Assembly (NCBI GenBank): GCA_041690355.1
Contig: JAWLHK010000012.1
Span: forward strand, 1 to 64,000
Direction of reading: 5' to 3'
Source: a bacterium
Lineage (GTDB): Bacteria > J088 > JAWLBW01
Length of the DNA: 64,000 nucleotides
This document shows, piece by piece, positions 19,094-27,917 of this stretch. Within the stretch, counting starts at the first letter, position 1. Each line of letters opens with the position of its first letter. Both the position numbers and the translations under genes were made by a program. Under the pieces are notes generated by a model. It saw only the letters and a list, made by a program, of their open reading frames with translations. It searched no databases and was not told the DNA's origin.

Positions 19094-19339
19094 TCAGCAG
19101 GCACCTTGGTCGCGAATCCGATCAACCAGGTCGTCGGTGACGATCTGCGGCTTGCGGAGGGGGAGAGGCCGGAAACCATAAAAGGATCCTTCCACTCCGG
19201 TGCGCAGATCTTCTTCCGACACGGCCAATCCCCGACGCGCGAGTGCCGAGATGACTTCACCCAGGTTCTTGCGCTCGCGGCGCGCGAGTTCCCGCGCCGC
19301 CTCGAGCACGTCGTCATTAATCGAGAGCGTGGTGCGCGT
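19094..19339 (-). pseudogene. Orphan VapB/CopG-type antitoxin with ACG at the expected start
   Basis: (ACG)RTTLSINDDVLEAARELARRERKNLGEVISALARRGL; family start is MRTTL; no toxin downstream. Confidence 0.72.
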
Positions 19340-19382
19340 GCATCTGATGTGAGAGCATCAAGATGCGGCGAGTCAACACAGG

Positions 19383-19659
19383 GGGTCGAGGGTCCAGAGT
19401 CGAGGGTCTACAATCTGGAACCGGTCGGGCTCCTCGGCGCGCAGGGTACGGCAGGGGGATGAAAGCGCTCTTCTCCCGGCAGACTCCCCGGGCGTTTGCT
19501 ATGATCAGGGGCAGAAACCAAGCGCCGAGCGCCGAGCACCAAGCACCGAGTATGGAAAGGCAACCAGCTTTTTCGTTTGGGATTCGTCACTCGTCACTCG
19601 TCACTCGTAACTCGTCACTTGCCTGAATCGTCAATCGTCAATCGTAAATCGTAAATTTG
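19383..19659. repeat. Cluster of four different heptamer arrays upstream of mpl
   Basis: GGGTCGA-like 19383-19410; GCRCCRA 19515-19549; CTCGTCA 19583-19617; MAATCGT 19625-19659. Confidence 0.88.
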
Positions 19660-19660
19660 T

Positions 19661-21109
19661 ATGCGTCCTCCCGTTCCCTCGCTCGACAACGTTCGCCACG
19701 TGCACCTGATTGCCGTCGCCGGCACCGGCATGGGCTCGCTCGCCCAGATGCTCAAGGAGCGCGGCCTGCGCGTCACCGGCAGCGACCAGAACGTCTATCC
19801 GCCCATGAGCACGCAGCTCCTGGCGAAGGGCATCGAGATTCGCGAGGGGTACAAGGCCGGCAACCTGGCCGACCGGCCCGACCTGGTCGTCGTGGGGAAT
19901 GCGGTGAGCAAGACGAACCCCGAGGTCGAGGCGCTGCTGGCGAGCGGCATCCCCTACGTCAGCTTTCCCGAGGCAATCGAGACCTTCTTTCTCCCCGATC
20001 GCACGAGCGTCGTCATCGCCGGCACGCACGGCAAGACGACGACGACCAGCCTCACGGCGTGGATGCTGGAATCGGCCGGTCTCCAGCCCGGATTCATGAT
20101 CGGCGGCATGGCGAAGAACTTCGGCGAGAACGGCCGCGCCGGACGCGGAAAACCCTTCGTCATCGAGGGGGATGAATACGACTCCTGCTTCTTCGACAAG
20201 GAGCCGAAGTTTCTGCACTACCGCCCCGAAATCGGCGTACTCACGAGCGTCGAGTTCGACCACGGCGACATCTACAAGAGCTTCGACATCCTGCTCGAGA
20301 AGTTCGCGAAGTACCTCGCGCTCGTTCCCGCCCACGGCCTGGTCATCGCCTGCACCGACTACCCCGCCATCCGCGACCTGCTGGCGCAAGGGCACGCGAA
20401 GGCGCCCGTGGTCACCTACGGGTTCGAGGGGAATCCGACGTGGAGCGCGACCGACCTGGTTCCGCAGAATGGGGGCACCGCGTTCACCGTGGCGCGCGAG
20501 GGTAAACCCGGGGCGCGCTTCACGATTCCGCTCACCGGGCGCCACAACGTGCTGAATGCGCTCTCCGTCATCGCCGTGGCCGACCGGCTGGGCCTGACGG
20601 ACGCCGTCGTGCAGAAGGGATTCGACGGCTTTCACGGCATCACGCGGCGGCAGGATCTCGTCGCCACCGCCGACGGCGTCGCCATCTACGACGACTTCGC
20701 CCACCATCCGACGGCCATTGCCGAGACGATCGACGCCATCCGCATGCGCCATCCGGGGCAGCGGATTTTCGGCCTTTTCGAACCGCGCTCGAACACCAGC
20801 CGACGCAACATCTTCCAAGCGGAATTTCCCCCCGCGCTCGCCCATGCGGATCACGTCGTCATGGCCCCCGTCTTCAACGCCGATAAGCTTTCCGATGCGG
20901 AACGGCTCGATGTGTCCCGGGTCCTCGCCGACGTGCGCGCCCTGGGCAAGGCGGCCGACGCGCCGGGGGACGTGGACGCCATCGTGGCCTTTCTCGCGAC
21001 CGAGGCGAAGCCGGGCGACGTCGTGCTCGTCATGAGCAACGGCGGTTTCGGCGGAATTCACGGGAAGCTTGCCGCCGCGCTCACCGCGCGGGCGGCAAGC
21101 CATTCCTGA
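19661..21109 (+). CDS. mpl: Murein tripeptide ligase Mpl
   Basis: GTGMGSLA, GSDQNVYPPMS, AGTHGKTTTT, EGDEYD, DDFAHHPTAI, FEPRSNT, MSNGGFGGIH. Confidence 0.93.
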   Translation: MRPPVPSLDNVRHVHLIAVAGTGMGSLAQMLKERGLRVTGSDQNVYPPMSTQLLAKGIEIREGYKAGNLADRPDLVVVGNAVSKTNPEVEALLASGIPYVSFPEAIETFFLPDRTSVVIAGTHGKTTTTSLTAWMLESAGLQPGFMIGGMAKNFGENGRAGRGKPFVIEGDEYDSCFFDKEPKFLHYRPEIGVLTSVEFDHGDIYKSFDILLEKFAKYLALVPAHGLVIACTDYPAIRDLLAQGHAKAPVVTYGFEGNPTWSATDLVPQNGGTAFTVAREGKPGARFTIPLTGRHNVLNALSVIAVADRLGLTDAVVQKGFDGFHGITRRQDLVATADGVAIYDDFAHHPTAIAETIDAIRMRHPGQRIFGLFEPRSNTSRRNIFQAEFPPALAHADHVVMAPVFNADKLSDAERLDVSRVLADVRALGKAADAPGDVDAIVAFLATEAKPGDVVLVMSNGGFGGIHGKLAAALTARAASHS

Positions 21110-21214
21110 TGCCTGATGCTTGATTCCTGAGCCGGCAAGGACACGCTCCGACTAGCCTAGCATTCCTGATTCCTGATTCTTAATTCCTGAGCCGGCAAGG
21201 GCACACTTCGGCTA
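21101..21214. repeat. Tandem duplication with 60-bp period, each unit starting with a TTCCTGA heptamer array
   Basis: cattcctgatgcctgatgcttgattcctgagccggcaagg vs cattcctgattcctgattcttaattcctgagccggcaagg. Confidence 0.85.
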
Positions 21215-21253
21215 CAGTGGACTCGTCGACTCCAGACTTGAGACTTCCGACTG

Positions 21254-21730
21254 ATGACTGACCGCCCCTCCCCGCCGCAGCCGATGCCCGGCATCCCCTG
21301 GGTGCCCGACTGGGCGTGGATCAACACGGCCCCCTTCAAGCTGGCCCAGTGGCGCGGCCATCCCGTGCTCGTCGACGTGTGGAATCTGCAGTGTCACAAT
21401 TGTCTGCAGAGCCAGCCGTGGATCCGCGAAGTGGAAGAGCGCTACGGGCCGCGCGGACTCAAGCTGCTCGGGATCCACACGCCTGAGCATCCGGAAGATC
21501 GCGACGTGAACCGCGTGCGCGCCGCGGTGGAGGCGCACGGCATCCGGCGGCCGGTCGTTCTGGATAACGGCAATGACTTCTGGAACTCTCTCGGCAACCG
21601 CTTCTGGCCGACCTTCTATTTTGTGGATCGATTAGGCCAGATGCGCTACCGTCACATCGGGCGCGTCGCCTCGGGCTGGCCCGAAGCCCGCCAGGCCGAA
21701 GCCTGGCTCGAAGAGCTGCTGGGGGAGTGA
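21254..21730 (+). CDS. Thioredoxin-like redoxin (DipZ/TlpA-type)
   Basis: WNLQCHNC, GIHTPE, NRFWPTFY. Confidence 0.88.
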   Translation: MTDRPSPPQPMPGIPWVPDWAWINTAPFKLAQWRGHPVLVDVWNLQCHNCLQSQPWIREVEERYGPRGLKLLGIHTPEHPEDRDVNRVRAAVEAHGIRRPVVLDNGNDFWNSLGNRFWPTFYFVDRLGQMRYRHIGRVASGWPEARQAEAWLEELLGE

Positions 21731-21922
21731 CCTCCTCCCCCCTGCGCTTCCGGCGCAGTGGGCCCTCCTCCTTCTCAAGGAGGAGGGGAATATGGCGGCG
21801 ACCGCGTAACGCCCCCTGGCCCGTTGTTCTGCTACCCTTCCCCTTGGCAAGGGGAAAGGGTCGAGGCGGCCTCAGCCGCCACGGGGTTGGGGTTTCCATA
21901 CGTGACCTGCAATGAGTCCCTC

Positions 21923-22960
21923 ATGAAATCAATTTTCTTCACCGAACACGGCGGCCCCGAAGTTCTCCAGCACGGCGACGTCCCCGACCCGGAACTCAAG
22001 GCCGGCCACGTGCGCGTCGACATTCGCGCGAGCGCATGCAATCCGGGCGATGTCTGGTCGCGCCGCGGATTTCCCGGGTGGACCATTCCCCTCCCCCACA
22101 TCCCGGGCTCAGACGCCGCCGGCGTGGTGGCTGAAGTCGGCGCGGGGGTCGAGGGAATTTCCGTCGGCGATCCGGTCGTCATCCACGCCGGCCTCTCGTG
22201 CGGCAAATGCGCCGCCTGCCTGCGCGACGAGTCGTACTTCTGCCGTGAATTCGCGATTCTGGGTCAGCGCACCGGTCCGTGGTATGGCGCCCATGCGGAA
22301 TCCATCGTGGTCCCCGCCGCCAACTGCGTGCCCAAGCCGGTCCGCCTGAGTTTCGAAGAGGCTGCTGCCCTTCCCGTCGTGCTCGTCACCGTCTGGCGCC
22401 AGCTCGTCGTGCGCGGCGGCCTGCGCGAAGGCTCCACCGTGCTCGTCTGGGGCGGCGCCGGTGGACTGGGCTCCATTGCCATCCAGTTGTGTAAAGCGTT
22501 CGGCGCCCTCGCGGTCGCTGTCGGCAGCGAAGACGAAAAGCTCGCCGTCGCGCGGGATCTGGGCGCCGCGCACGCCGTGAACCGGAAGAAGCAGGACGTA
22601 CTGGAAGCGATCAAGGAGATCACCGGCGGCGAAGGGGCCGACATCGTCTTCGAGCACGTGGGCAAACAGACGTGGAAGACGAGCGTGCTCGCGGCGAAGC
22701 GCGGCGGTATCATCGTCACCAGCGGCGCGACCAGCGGCTACGAAGCCGTGACCGATCTGCGCTACGTCTTCACGCGCTACCTGACCATCGCCGGCACGAA
22801 CCTCGGTACCCGGGGCGACCTGGAAGATGCCCTGCGCTTCGTGGATCAGGGGGACCTGCGGCCGATCATCCACTCCGTGCTCCCCCTGGAACGCCACGTC
22901 GAAGCGCAACGCCTGCTCGAAGCGGGCGAAGTCATCGGCAAAATCGTGCATCCGCGTTGA
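21923..22960 (+). CDS. Zinc-binding medium-chain dehydrogenase/reductase
   Basis: PHIPGSD, CGKCAACLRDESYFC, GGAGGLG. Confidence 0.9.
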   Translation: MKSIFFTEHGGPEVLQHGDVPDPELKAGHVRVDIRASACNPGDVWSRRGFPGWTIPLPHIPGSDAAGVVAEVGAGVEGISVGDPVVIHAGLSCGKCAACLRDESYFCREFAILGQRTGPWYGAHAESIVVPAANCVPKPVRLSFEEAAALPVVLVTVWRQLVVRGGLREGSTVLVWGGAGGLGSIAIQLCKAFGALAVAVGSEDEKLAVARDLGAAHAVNRKKQDVLEAIKEITGGEGADIVFEHVGKQTWKTSVLAAKRGGIIVTSGATSGYEAVTDLRYVFTRYLTIAGTNLGTRGDLEDALRFVDQGDLRPIIHSVLPLERHVEAQRLLEAGEVIGKIVHPR

Positions 22961-22971
22961 GCCTAGACTGC

Positions 22972-23000
22972 TTGCGTTCCCGTACGCAAAGGCGTACGAT
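22972..23000 (+). promoter_or_regulatory. yefM-yoeB promoter with operator palindrome
   Basis: TTGCGT-N17-TACGAT; CGTACGC-AAAG-GCGTACG at 22981-22998. Confidence 0.75.
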
Positions 23001-23016
23001 CAGCCTGAGGAATGCA

Positions 23017-23259
23017 ATGAAAATTATCTCCGCAAGCGCGGCTCGCGCGAACCTCTACAAATTGCTCGACGACACCGCTGATTCGCACGAGCCGGTACAG
23101 ATCACTGGGAAGCGCAACAATGCAGTCCTGGTCTCTGCAGAGGACTGGGCGGCCATGCAGGAAACGCTTTATCTGCTTTCGATCCCCGGTATGCGCGAGT
23201 CCATCCGTAAAGGGCTGCAGACTCCGCTGGAAGAAACCTCCGAAGAGCCGGGATGGTAG
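23017..23259 (+). CDS. yefM: Phd/YefM antitoxin
   Basis: ARANLYKLLDDTADSHEPVQITGKRNNAVLVSAEDWAAMQETLYLLSIPGMRESI. Confidence 0.93.
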   Translation: MKIISASAARANLYKLLDDTADSHEPVQITGKRNNAVLVSAEDWAAMQETLYLLSIPGMRESIRKGLQTPLEETSEEPGW

Positions 23260-23531
23260 AAAAACGTTCTGCGTGGAAGATAGTCTTTACGAAGCAGGCT
23301 CAGAAAGACGCACGCAAGATTGCACGATCGAATCTGAGACCACGGGTCGAGCAGCTGCTTGACGTTCTCCGGGAAGACCCGTACCGCAATCCCCCGCCCT
23401 TTGAACGTCTTGTCGGCGATTTACTGGGCGCATGTTCTCGCCGCGTCAACATTCAGCACCGGCTGGTCTATCAGGTCCTCGAGTCAGAGCACACCGTAAA
23501 GATCCTGCGGATGTGGTCTCATTACGAGTGA
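23253..23531 (+). CDS. yoeB: Txe/YoeB toxin
   Basis: PPPFERLVGDLLGACSRRVNIQHRLVYQV...LRMWSHYE. Confidence 0.93.
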   Translation: MVEKRSAWKIVFTKQAQKDARKIARSNLRPRVEQLLDVLREDPYRNPPPFERLVGDLLGACSRRVNIQHRLVYQVLESEHTVKILRMWSHYE

Positions 23532-23600
23532 CCGGTTCCCGGAGGAACCGCGTTGCCCCCCTCGGGCATCGGCCATCGGGCATTGCGCGGCTCTGCCGCG

Positions 23601-24554
23601 CTACGGCATCAGATTCCGCACGCGCACCGGCTCTTCGCCCAGCCAGTCGGGATTCAGCGCGGTGCTGTCGAAGATCGAACTCGTCTTGAACGGCTCCCAG
23701 GTGCCGTCGGCTGCGGGAGTTGCGGTCCGCTGCAAAAGGGCCAGGAGTTCCCCGCCGGCAAGCGGATGGAAGTCCGAAGCGATGCGGCAGGCCTGGTCGA
23801 GAATCTCCATGCTGTCGATCCCGGTAATCACGACCGACGCGGGGAGCGAGAGTGCATAGCGCAGGCATTCCTCGGCCGAGACGACGCCCGACTTCAGGAG
23901 AATGCCGTTCGCGAGCGCCTTCATGCCGAGCACGCCGATGTTCTCGCGCAGCAGCTCGGGGAGTACGAGCCGCTCGAAACTGCGGTAGTGCGCGTCCATG
24001 ACGTTCAGCGGCATCTGCACGGTGTCAAAGCGGAAGCCGTGTTCCCGCGCGACCGCCAGCATGTGCAGGTGGATCTGCGGATCCTTGTGGCCGGTGAACC
24101 CGATGTAGCGCAGCTTTCCCTGCTGTCTGGCCTCGAGAAGTGCGGCGTTCGCCCCCTCGTCATCGAAGACCCGGTGGGGATCGTCGAAGCGGATGACCTC
24201 GTGGTGCTGCACGAGATCGATGCAGTCGACCTGCAGGCGGCGCAGCGACTCCTCGAGCTGGCGCATCGCCTCTTTCCGGCTGCGGCCGTCGATCTTCGTC
24301 ATCACGAAGGCCTTGTCGCGATAGCCGTCGCGTAACGCCTTTCCCACGCGCCGCTCGCTCTCGCCGTCGTTGTAGTCCCAGGAATTATCCAGGAAGTTGA
24401 TGCCGCGGTCCAAAGCCGTCCGCACGATGCGCAGCGCGAGCTCCTCGCTCACCTTCGAGAGCGACAGGTGCCAGCCGCCGACCCCGATGGCCGAGACGAG
24501 TTCGCCGGTGTGGCCGAGTGTTCTGCGGGGAATGTCGTGGGATTCATCAGCCAT
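23601..24554 (-). CDS. Aldo/keto reductase
   Basis: GINFLDNSWDY, FVMTK, SLRRLQVDCIDLVQHH, RYIGFTGH. Confidence 0.92.
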   Translation of the reverse strand: MADESHDIPRRTLGHTGELVSAIGVGGWHLSLSKVSEELALRIVRTALDRGINFLDNSWDYNDGESERRVGKALRDGYRDKAFVMTKIDGRSRKEAMRQLEESLRRLQVDCIDLVQHHEVIRFDDPHRVFDDEGANAALLEARQQGKLRYIGFTGHKDPQIHLHMLAVAREHGFRFDTVQMPLNVMDAHYRSFERLVLPELLRENIGVLGMKALANGILLKSGVVSAEECLRYALSLPASVVITGIDSMEILDQACRIASDFHPLAGGELLALLQRTATPAADGTWEPFKTSSIFDSTALNPDWLGEEPVRVRNLMP

Positions 24555-24703
24555 GATCGGAATCTCCGGTCCGGGGTTCCGCCCAGCTTAGGACGCCTGT
24601 GCACTCAAGTCAATGGTGTCCACAGGACGGTGTTGGGCATCGACCATCGACCATTGATCATTCGCGCAGCGTCTCCATGCGCGGAATGGGGTACCATATC
24701 CGC

Positions 24704-25066
24704 ATGTCTTCCATCATCCTCGGCCTCGTCATCGCCATCATTCTCTTCGCGCTCCTGCGCTTCGCCATGGGTGCGGGGGTGCCGCGCATCAGCGGTCCCG
24801 AGGCCAGGAAGCTGGTCTCCGAGGGCGCCCTGTTCGTTGACGTGCGTAACCCTCCCGAATTGCAGGGCGGCCGTAACCGCGAGGCGAAGAATATTCCGCT
24901 CGGCGATCTGAAAGGCCGCATGGGGGAGCTGGGAAGCAAGGATCGGCCCATCATCCTCTGCTGCGCCTCGGGCACCCGCTCGGCCATGGCCGGCCGCATG
25001 CTCAAGTCGGCCGGGTATACGAAGGTCTACAACCTGGGCCCCTGGCACCGGTATCCTTCTTCCTGA
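24704..25066 (+). CDS. Membrane-anchored rhodanese-like protein
   Basis: N-terminal TM; VDVRNPPE; CASGTRS active loop. Confidence 0.85.
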   Translation: MSSIILGLVIAIILFALLRFAMGAGVPRISGPEARKLVSEGALFVDVRNPPELQGGRNREAKNIPLGDLKGRMGELGSKDRPIILCCASGTRSAMAGRMLKSAGYTKVYNLGPWHRYPSS

Positions 25067-25082
25067 CGGCCCGCCGGTGGAA

Positions 25083-25131
25083 TTGCGTCGCACGGCGCCC
25101 GCTTGGTAAAGTGGTAAATCGGTCTGTTTAT
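25083..25131 (+). promoter_or_regulatory. Promoter plus putative TetR operator (copy 1)
   Basis: TTGCGT-N18-TAAAGT then GTAAATCGGTCTGTTTAT (25114-25131). Confidence 0.6.
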
Positions 25132-25147
25132 CACAAGGATGAGAGCG

Positions 25148-27037
25148 ATGAACCCCACCCGGTGGCTGTGCGCGGCGCTGCTGGTCGGCGCCTGCAGTTC
25201 GCAGCCTGCTGCCCTCCCGCAGGATGGGCCGACCTTCGTCTACGGCGATCCCGACCGTATGATCCCGTTTCCCTCGGACCGGTTCCTCGCCCACGATGGC
25301 GGCGCGCGCCCCGAGACGCATGAGCGCGCAACCGGCTATCACATCGACGTCGAGCCGTTTCGCGCGCGCGACCCCATCTTCGCGAAGGTGCCCGAAGTGG
25401 CCGACGGCCTCGCGGGGCTCGACGGCTTCGGCACTTCGTCGGAAATCATCCTTGGCCTGACTTTCGCCGCCGACGTCACCGCGCTCACCGATGCCGCCAC
25501 TGCGTTCGAGCGGTCGGTTGCCGACGATTCGCCCCTCTGGCTGATGAGCATCGATCCGGCTTCGCCTCGGGCGGGAGAGCCGCTCCCGTTCGTCGCGTTC
25601 TTCGAGCCCGACGGCAACACCCTGCGCATCCGGCCGTGGCGGCCGCTGCAGGCGTCGAGCCGGCATGCCCTGATCGTGCGTCCCGGCCTGCGCGACGTGC
25701 TCGGCCGCCCCTTCGTTTCACCCCCCGGCTTCCAGGACGCGATGAAGCATCCCGAAGCGCACGGCCTCGAAGGAGACGGCTACGCGCAGCTGCGGCAGGT
25801 CTTCCCGGAACCCATCGTTTTCGCGATCACTTTCCGCACGGCATCCATCACGCCGAAGCTGCGCAGCCTGGCGGATGAAGTCCGCGCCGCGAGCCCGTCG
25901 GCCATCACCTTCGTCACGCGCGCGCCGGCAACCTGGCAGCCCCATCTGGCGACGATCGTCGAAGGATGGTTCACGCACCGCCTGTATCTCACGCCGCAGA
26001 ACATGCTGGGCCTGACGGTCACGGCCGAAGAAAAGATTCCCTTCACGCTCGCCCTGCCGCTGACGACGGCGACGCTCCGCGAGCCGTTTCCCATCGTGCT
26101 GGCGCAGCATGGTTTCGGCGGTTATCGGCAGTGGATCTTCGACCGCACGGCCGATGCCTTCGCGGCGCAGGGGATGGCGACCGTCGCCATCGATGCGCCG
26201 AACCACGGCGCCCGCGGACCCGGCGACGGCCTGGCCGGAGATTTCCTCACGGGCGTTCGCGAAACATTCGGCATCTGGACCAACGGCGACTCCATCGTCA
26301 TCCGCAGCTGGCACTTCCGCGACCTGCTGCGGCAACAGGTGCTCACCCACCTGCAGCTGCTCCTGGCGCTGGAGGCGTGGAACGGGGATGTCACGCGCGC
26401 CACGAATGCGCCGGGTCCGGATCTCGACGTTTCGGAAGCGGGCTACATCGGGCATTCCATGGGCGCCGTGATGGGCGGCGTGAGCGGCGCCGTGCTCCCC
26501 GAACTCCGTCGGATTCTCCTGAACGTCGGGGGCGGCCGCATCTCCGACGTGTTCGCCGGCAACGAGTTCATCGATCGCCTGGCCGTGGTCGCGCTGCGGC
26601 CACGAGGGGTGAGCGTGGGCGAAGGGTGGCGCATGATCAGCATGGCGCAGGCCACGATCGACCCGGGCGATCCGCTCAACTACGTCGCGCACATTGCGGG
26701 AGAACCGTTCGACGGGCAGGAACCGCGGCCGGTGCTCATGCAGAACGTCCTGCACGATTTTCTCGTGCCCAACCATGCCTCGTATGCGCTTGCCCGCGCG
26801 ATGGACGCCGTCCATGTGGGCCCCCTCGATCTCGAGGTTGCCGATCTGGAACGGCAGCGCATCCCCCCCGGCGGGCTCGAGGGAAATGACCTCACGGCCT
26901 TCGCCTACTTCGACGAAGTGCGCATCGGGGGAGAGCGGTTCCGCGCCGACCACAGCAACCACATCGGCAGCAGCTCGGGCCTCGAACAGGCCGCGCCGTT
27001 TCTCCGTTCGGGCGTCGTGATCGAGCCGGCCCCCTGA
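25148..27037 (+). CDS. Lipoprotein alpha/beta-hydrolase (extracellular lipase-like)
   Basis: LLVGAC lipobox; PFPSD, LDGFG; QHGFGG, IDAPNHG, GHSMG, DPGDPLNY, DFLVPN. Confidence 0.8.
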   Translation: MNPTRWLCAALLVGACSSQPAALPQDGPTFVYGDPDRMIPFPSDRFLAHDGGARPETHERATGYHIDVEPFRARDPIFAKVPEVADGLAGLDGFGTSSEIILGLTFAADVTALTDAATAFERSVADDSPLWLMSIDPASPRAGEPLPFVAFFEPDGNTLRIRPWRPLQASSRHALIVRPGLRDVLGRPFVSPPGFQDAMKHPEAHGLEGDGYAQLRQVFPEPIVFAITFRTASITPKLRSLADEVRAASPSAITFVTRAPATWQPHLATIVEGWFTHRLYLTPQNMLGLTVTAEEKIPFTLALPLTTATLREPFPIVLAQHGFGGYRQWIFDRTADAFAAQGMATVAIDAPNHGARGPGDGLAGDFLTGVRETFGIWTNGDSIVIRSWHFRDLLRQQVLTHLQLLLALEAWNGDVTRATNAPGPDLDVSEAGYIGHSMGAVMGGVSGAVLPELRRILLNVGGGRISDVFAGNEFIDRLAVVALRPRGVSVGEGWRMISMAQATIDPGDPLNYVAHIAGEPFDGQEPRPVLMQNVLHDFLVPNHASYALARAMDAVHVGPLDLEVADLERQRIPPGGLEGNDLTAFAYFDEVRIGGERFRADHSNHIGSSSGLEQAAPFLRSGVVIEPAP

Positions 27038-27057
27038 ACTGCGGAAGCTGCGGAACG

Positions 27058-27714
27058 TTACGCCTTGAGCAGCGCCGCGAGCACCTTGCCGAGCGGCTCC
27101 TTCAAGTCGGCGAGGTGCTCGCCTTCGCCGGCGCCGATGGCGGTCGTGACCATCGAGCTGACCCCGTGCAGCAGAACCTTGACGGCGGTGCGCTGGTCGG
27201 GCCCGTGTCCGAAAATGCCTACGTGCTCGTGCAAGACGGCGACGGCGATGTCGACGAACGCTTCCAGCGACTCCTGGCGCTGGCGCACGGCCTGCGGACC
27301 CGCGGCATAGACTTCGACGAGCAGCGCCTTCGCGTAGGCCGGCTGGCTCGCCAGAATGTCGAGGTAGGAGCCGAGCACCCATTCGAGTTTCTGAAACGGC
27401 GAAGTCCCCTTGCCCTTGCCGGGGCCTCCGGCGAACCGCTCCTGAATTCCCATGGCCAGCACGGCGGCGACCTGCCGGGCGGCCAGTTCGTAGGCGGCGC
27501 GAAAGCACTCGGCCTTGTCCTCGAACAGGGCATAGAAGGTCGCGCGCGAAACCCCCGAACGGCTCACCACGTCGGCCACCGACGTACGCGCATACCCTTT
27601 CTCGGCGACGGCGTCGATCATGGCGATCAGCAGACGCTCACGCTGCGACTGCTCAACCTGATCGCGCGTCAGGTCGTGCGGGCCGCGCGGCAGCGGACGG
27701 GGTGTGAGGTTCAT
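27058..27714 (-). CDS. TetR/AcrR family transcriptional regulator
   Basis: QRERLL...KGYARTSVADVVSRSGVSRATFYALFEDK. Confidence 0.93.
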   Translation of the reverse strand: MNLTPRPLPRGPHDLTRDQVEQSQRERLLIAMIDAVAEKGYARTSVADVVSRSGVSRATFYALFEDKAECFRAAYELAARQVAAVLAMGIQERFAGGPGKGKGTSPFQKLEWVLGSYLDILASQPAYAKALLVEVYAAGPQAVRQRQESLEAFVDIAVAVLHEHVGIFGHGPDQRTAVKVLLHGVSSMVTTAIGAGEGEHLADLKEPLGKVLAALLKA

Positions 27715-27809
27715 CGGCGTAGAAGTCTCGCGGGTTCCAAGGTAACCAGTATATAGACCCGCCGCCGTCGGGTCGAGCCTGGGAGACGGCGGGCCTGCAT
27801 GGTTTCGCT

Positions 27810-27894
27810 GTAAATTCTGGTGTTTATCGTCCATGGGAGAAAAGTGTGGACAAGGCGGCGCCGGAGGGGTAGTGTGATGAACGGTTCTGTTTAT
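27810..27894. promoter_or_regulatory. Two putative TetR operators and the promoter of the hydrolase-ligase operon
   Basis: GTAAATTCTGGTGTTTAT (27810-27827); TGGACA-N17-TAGTGT (27847-27875); ATGAACGGTTCTGTTTAT (27877-27894). Confidence 0.62.
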
Positions 27895-27917
27895 GACTTA
27901 TCCGTAAGGCGGTGCGC

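Noticed and set aside
21101-21214. 60-bp periodic repeat as a CRISPR array
   Set aside because: Only two units, the spacer parts resemble each other, and there are no cas genes
25104-25115. TGGTAAAGTGGT identical to the fadR promoter (55942-55953, minus strand) as evidence of FadR control
   Set aside because: Mostly explained by a shared extended -10 (TGGTAAAGT); no ACCA half-site; the TetR-type palindrome fits better
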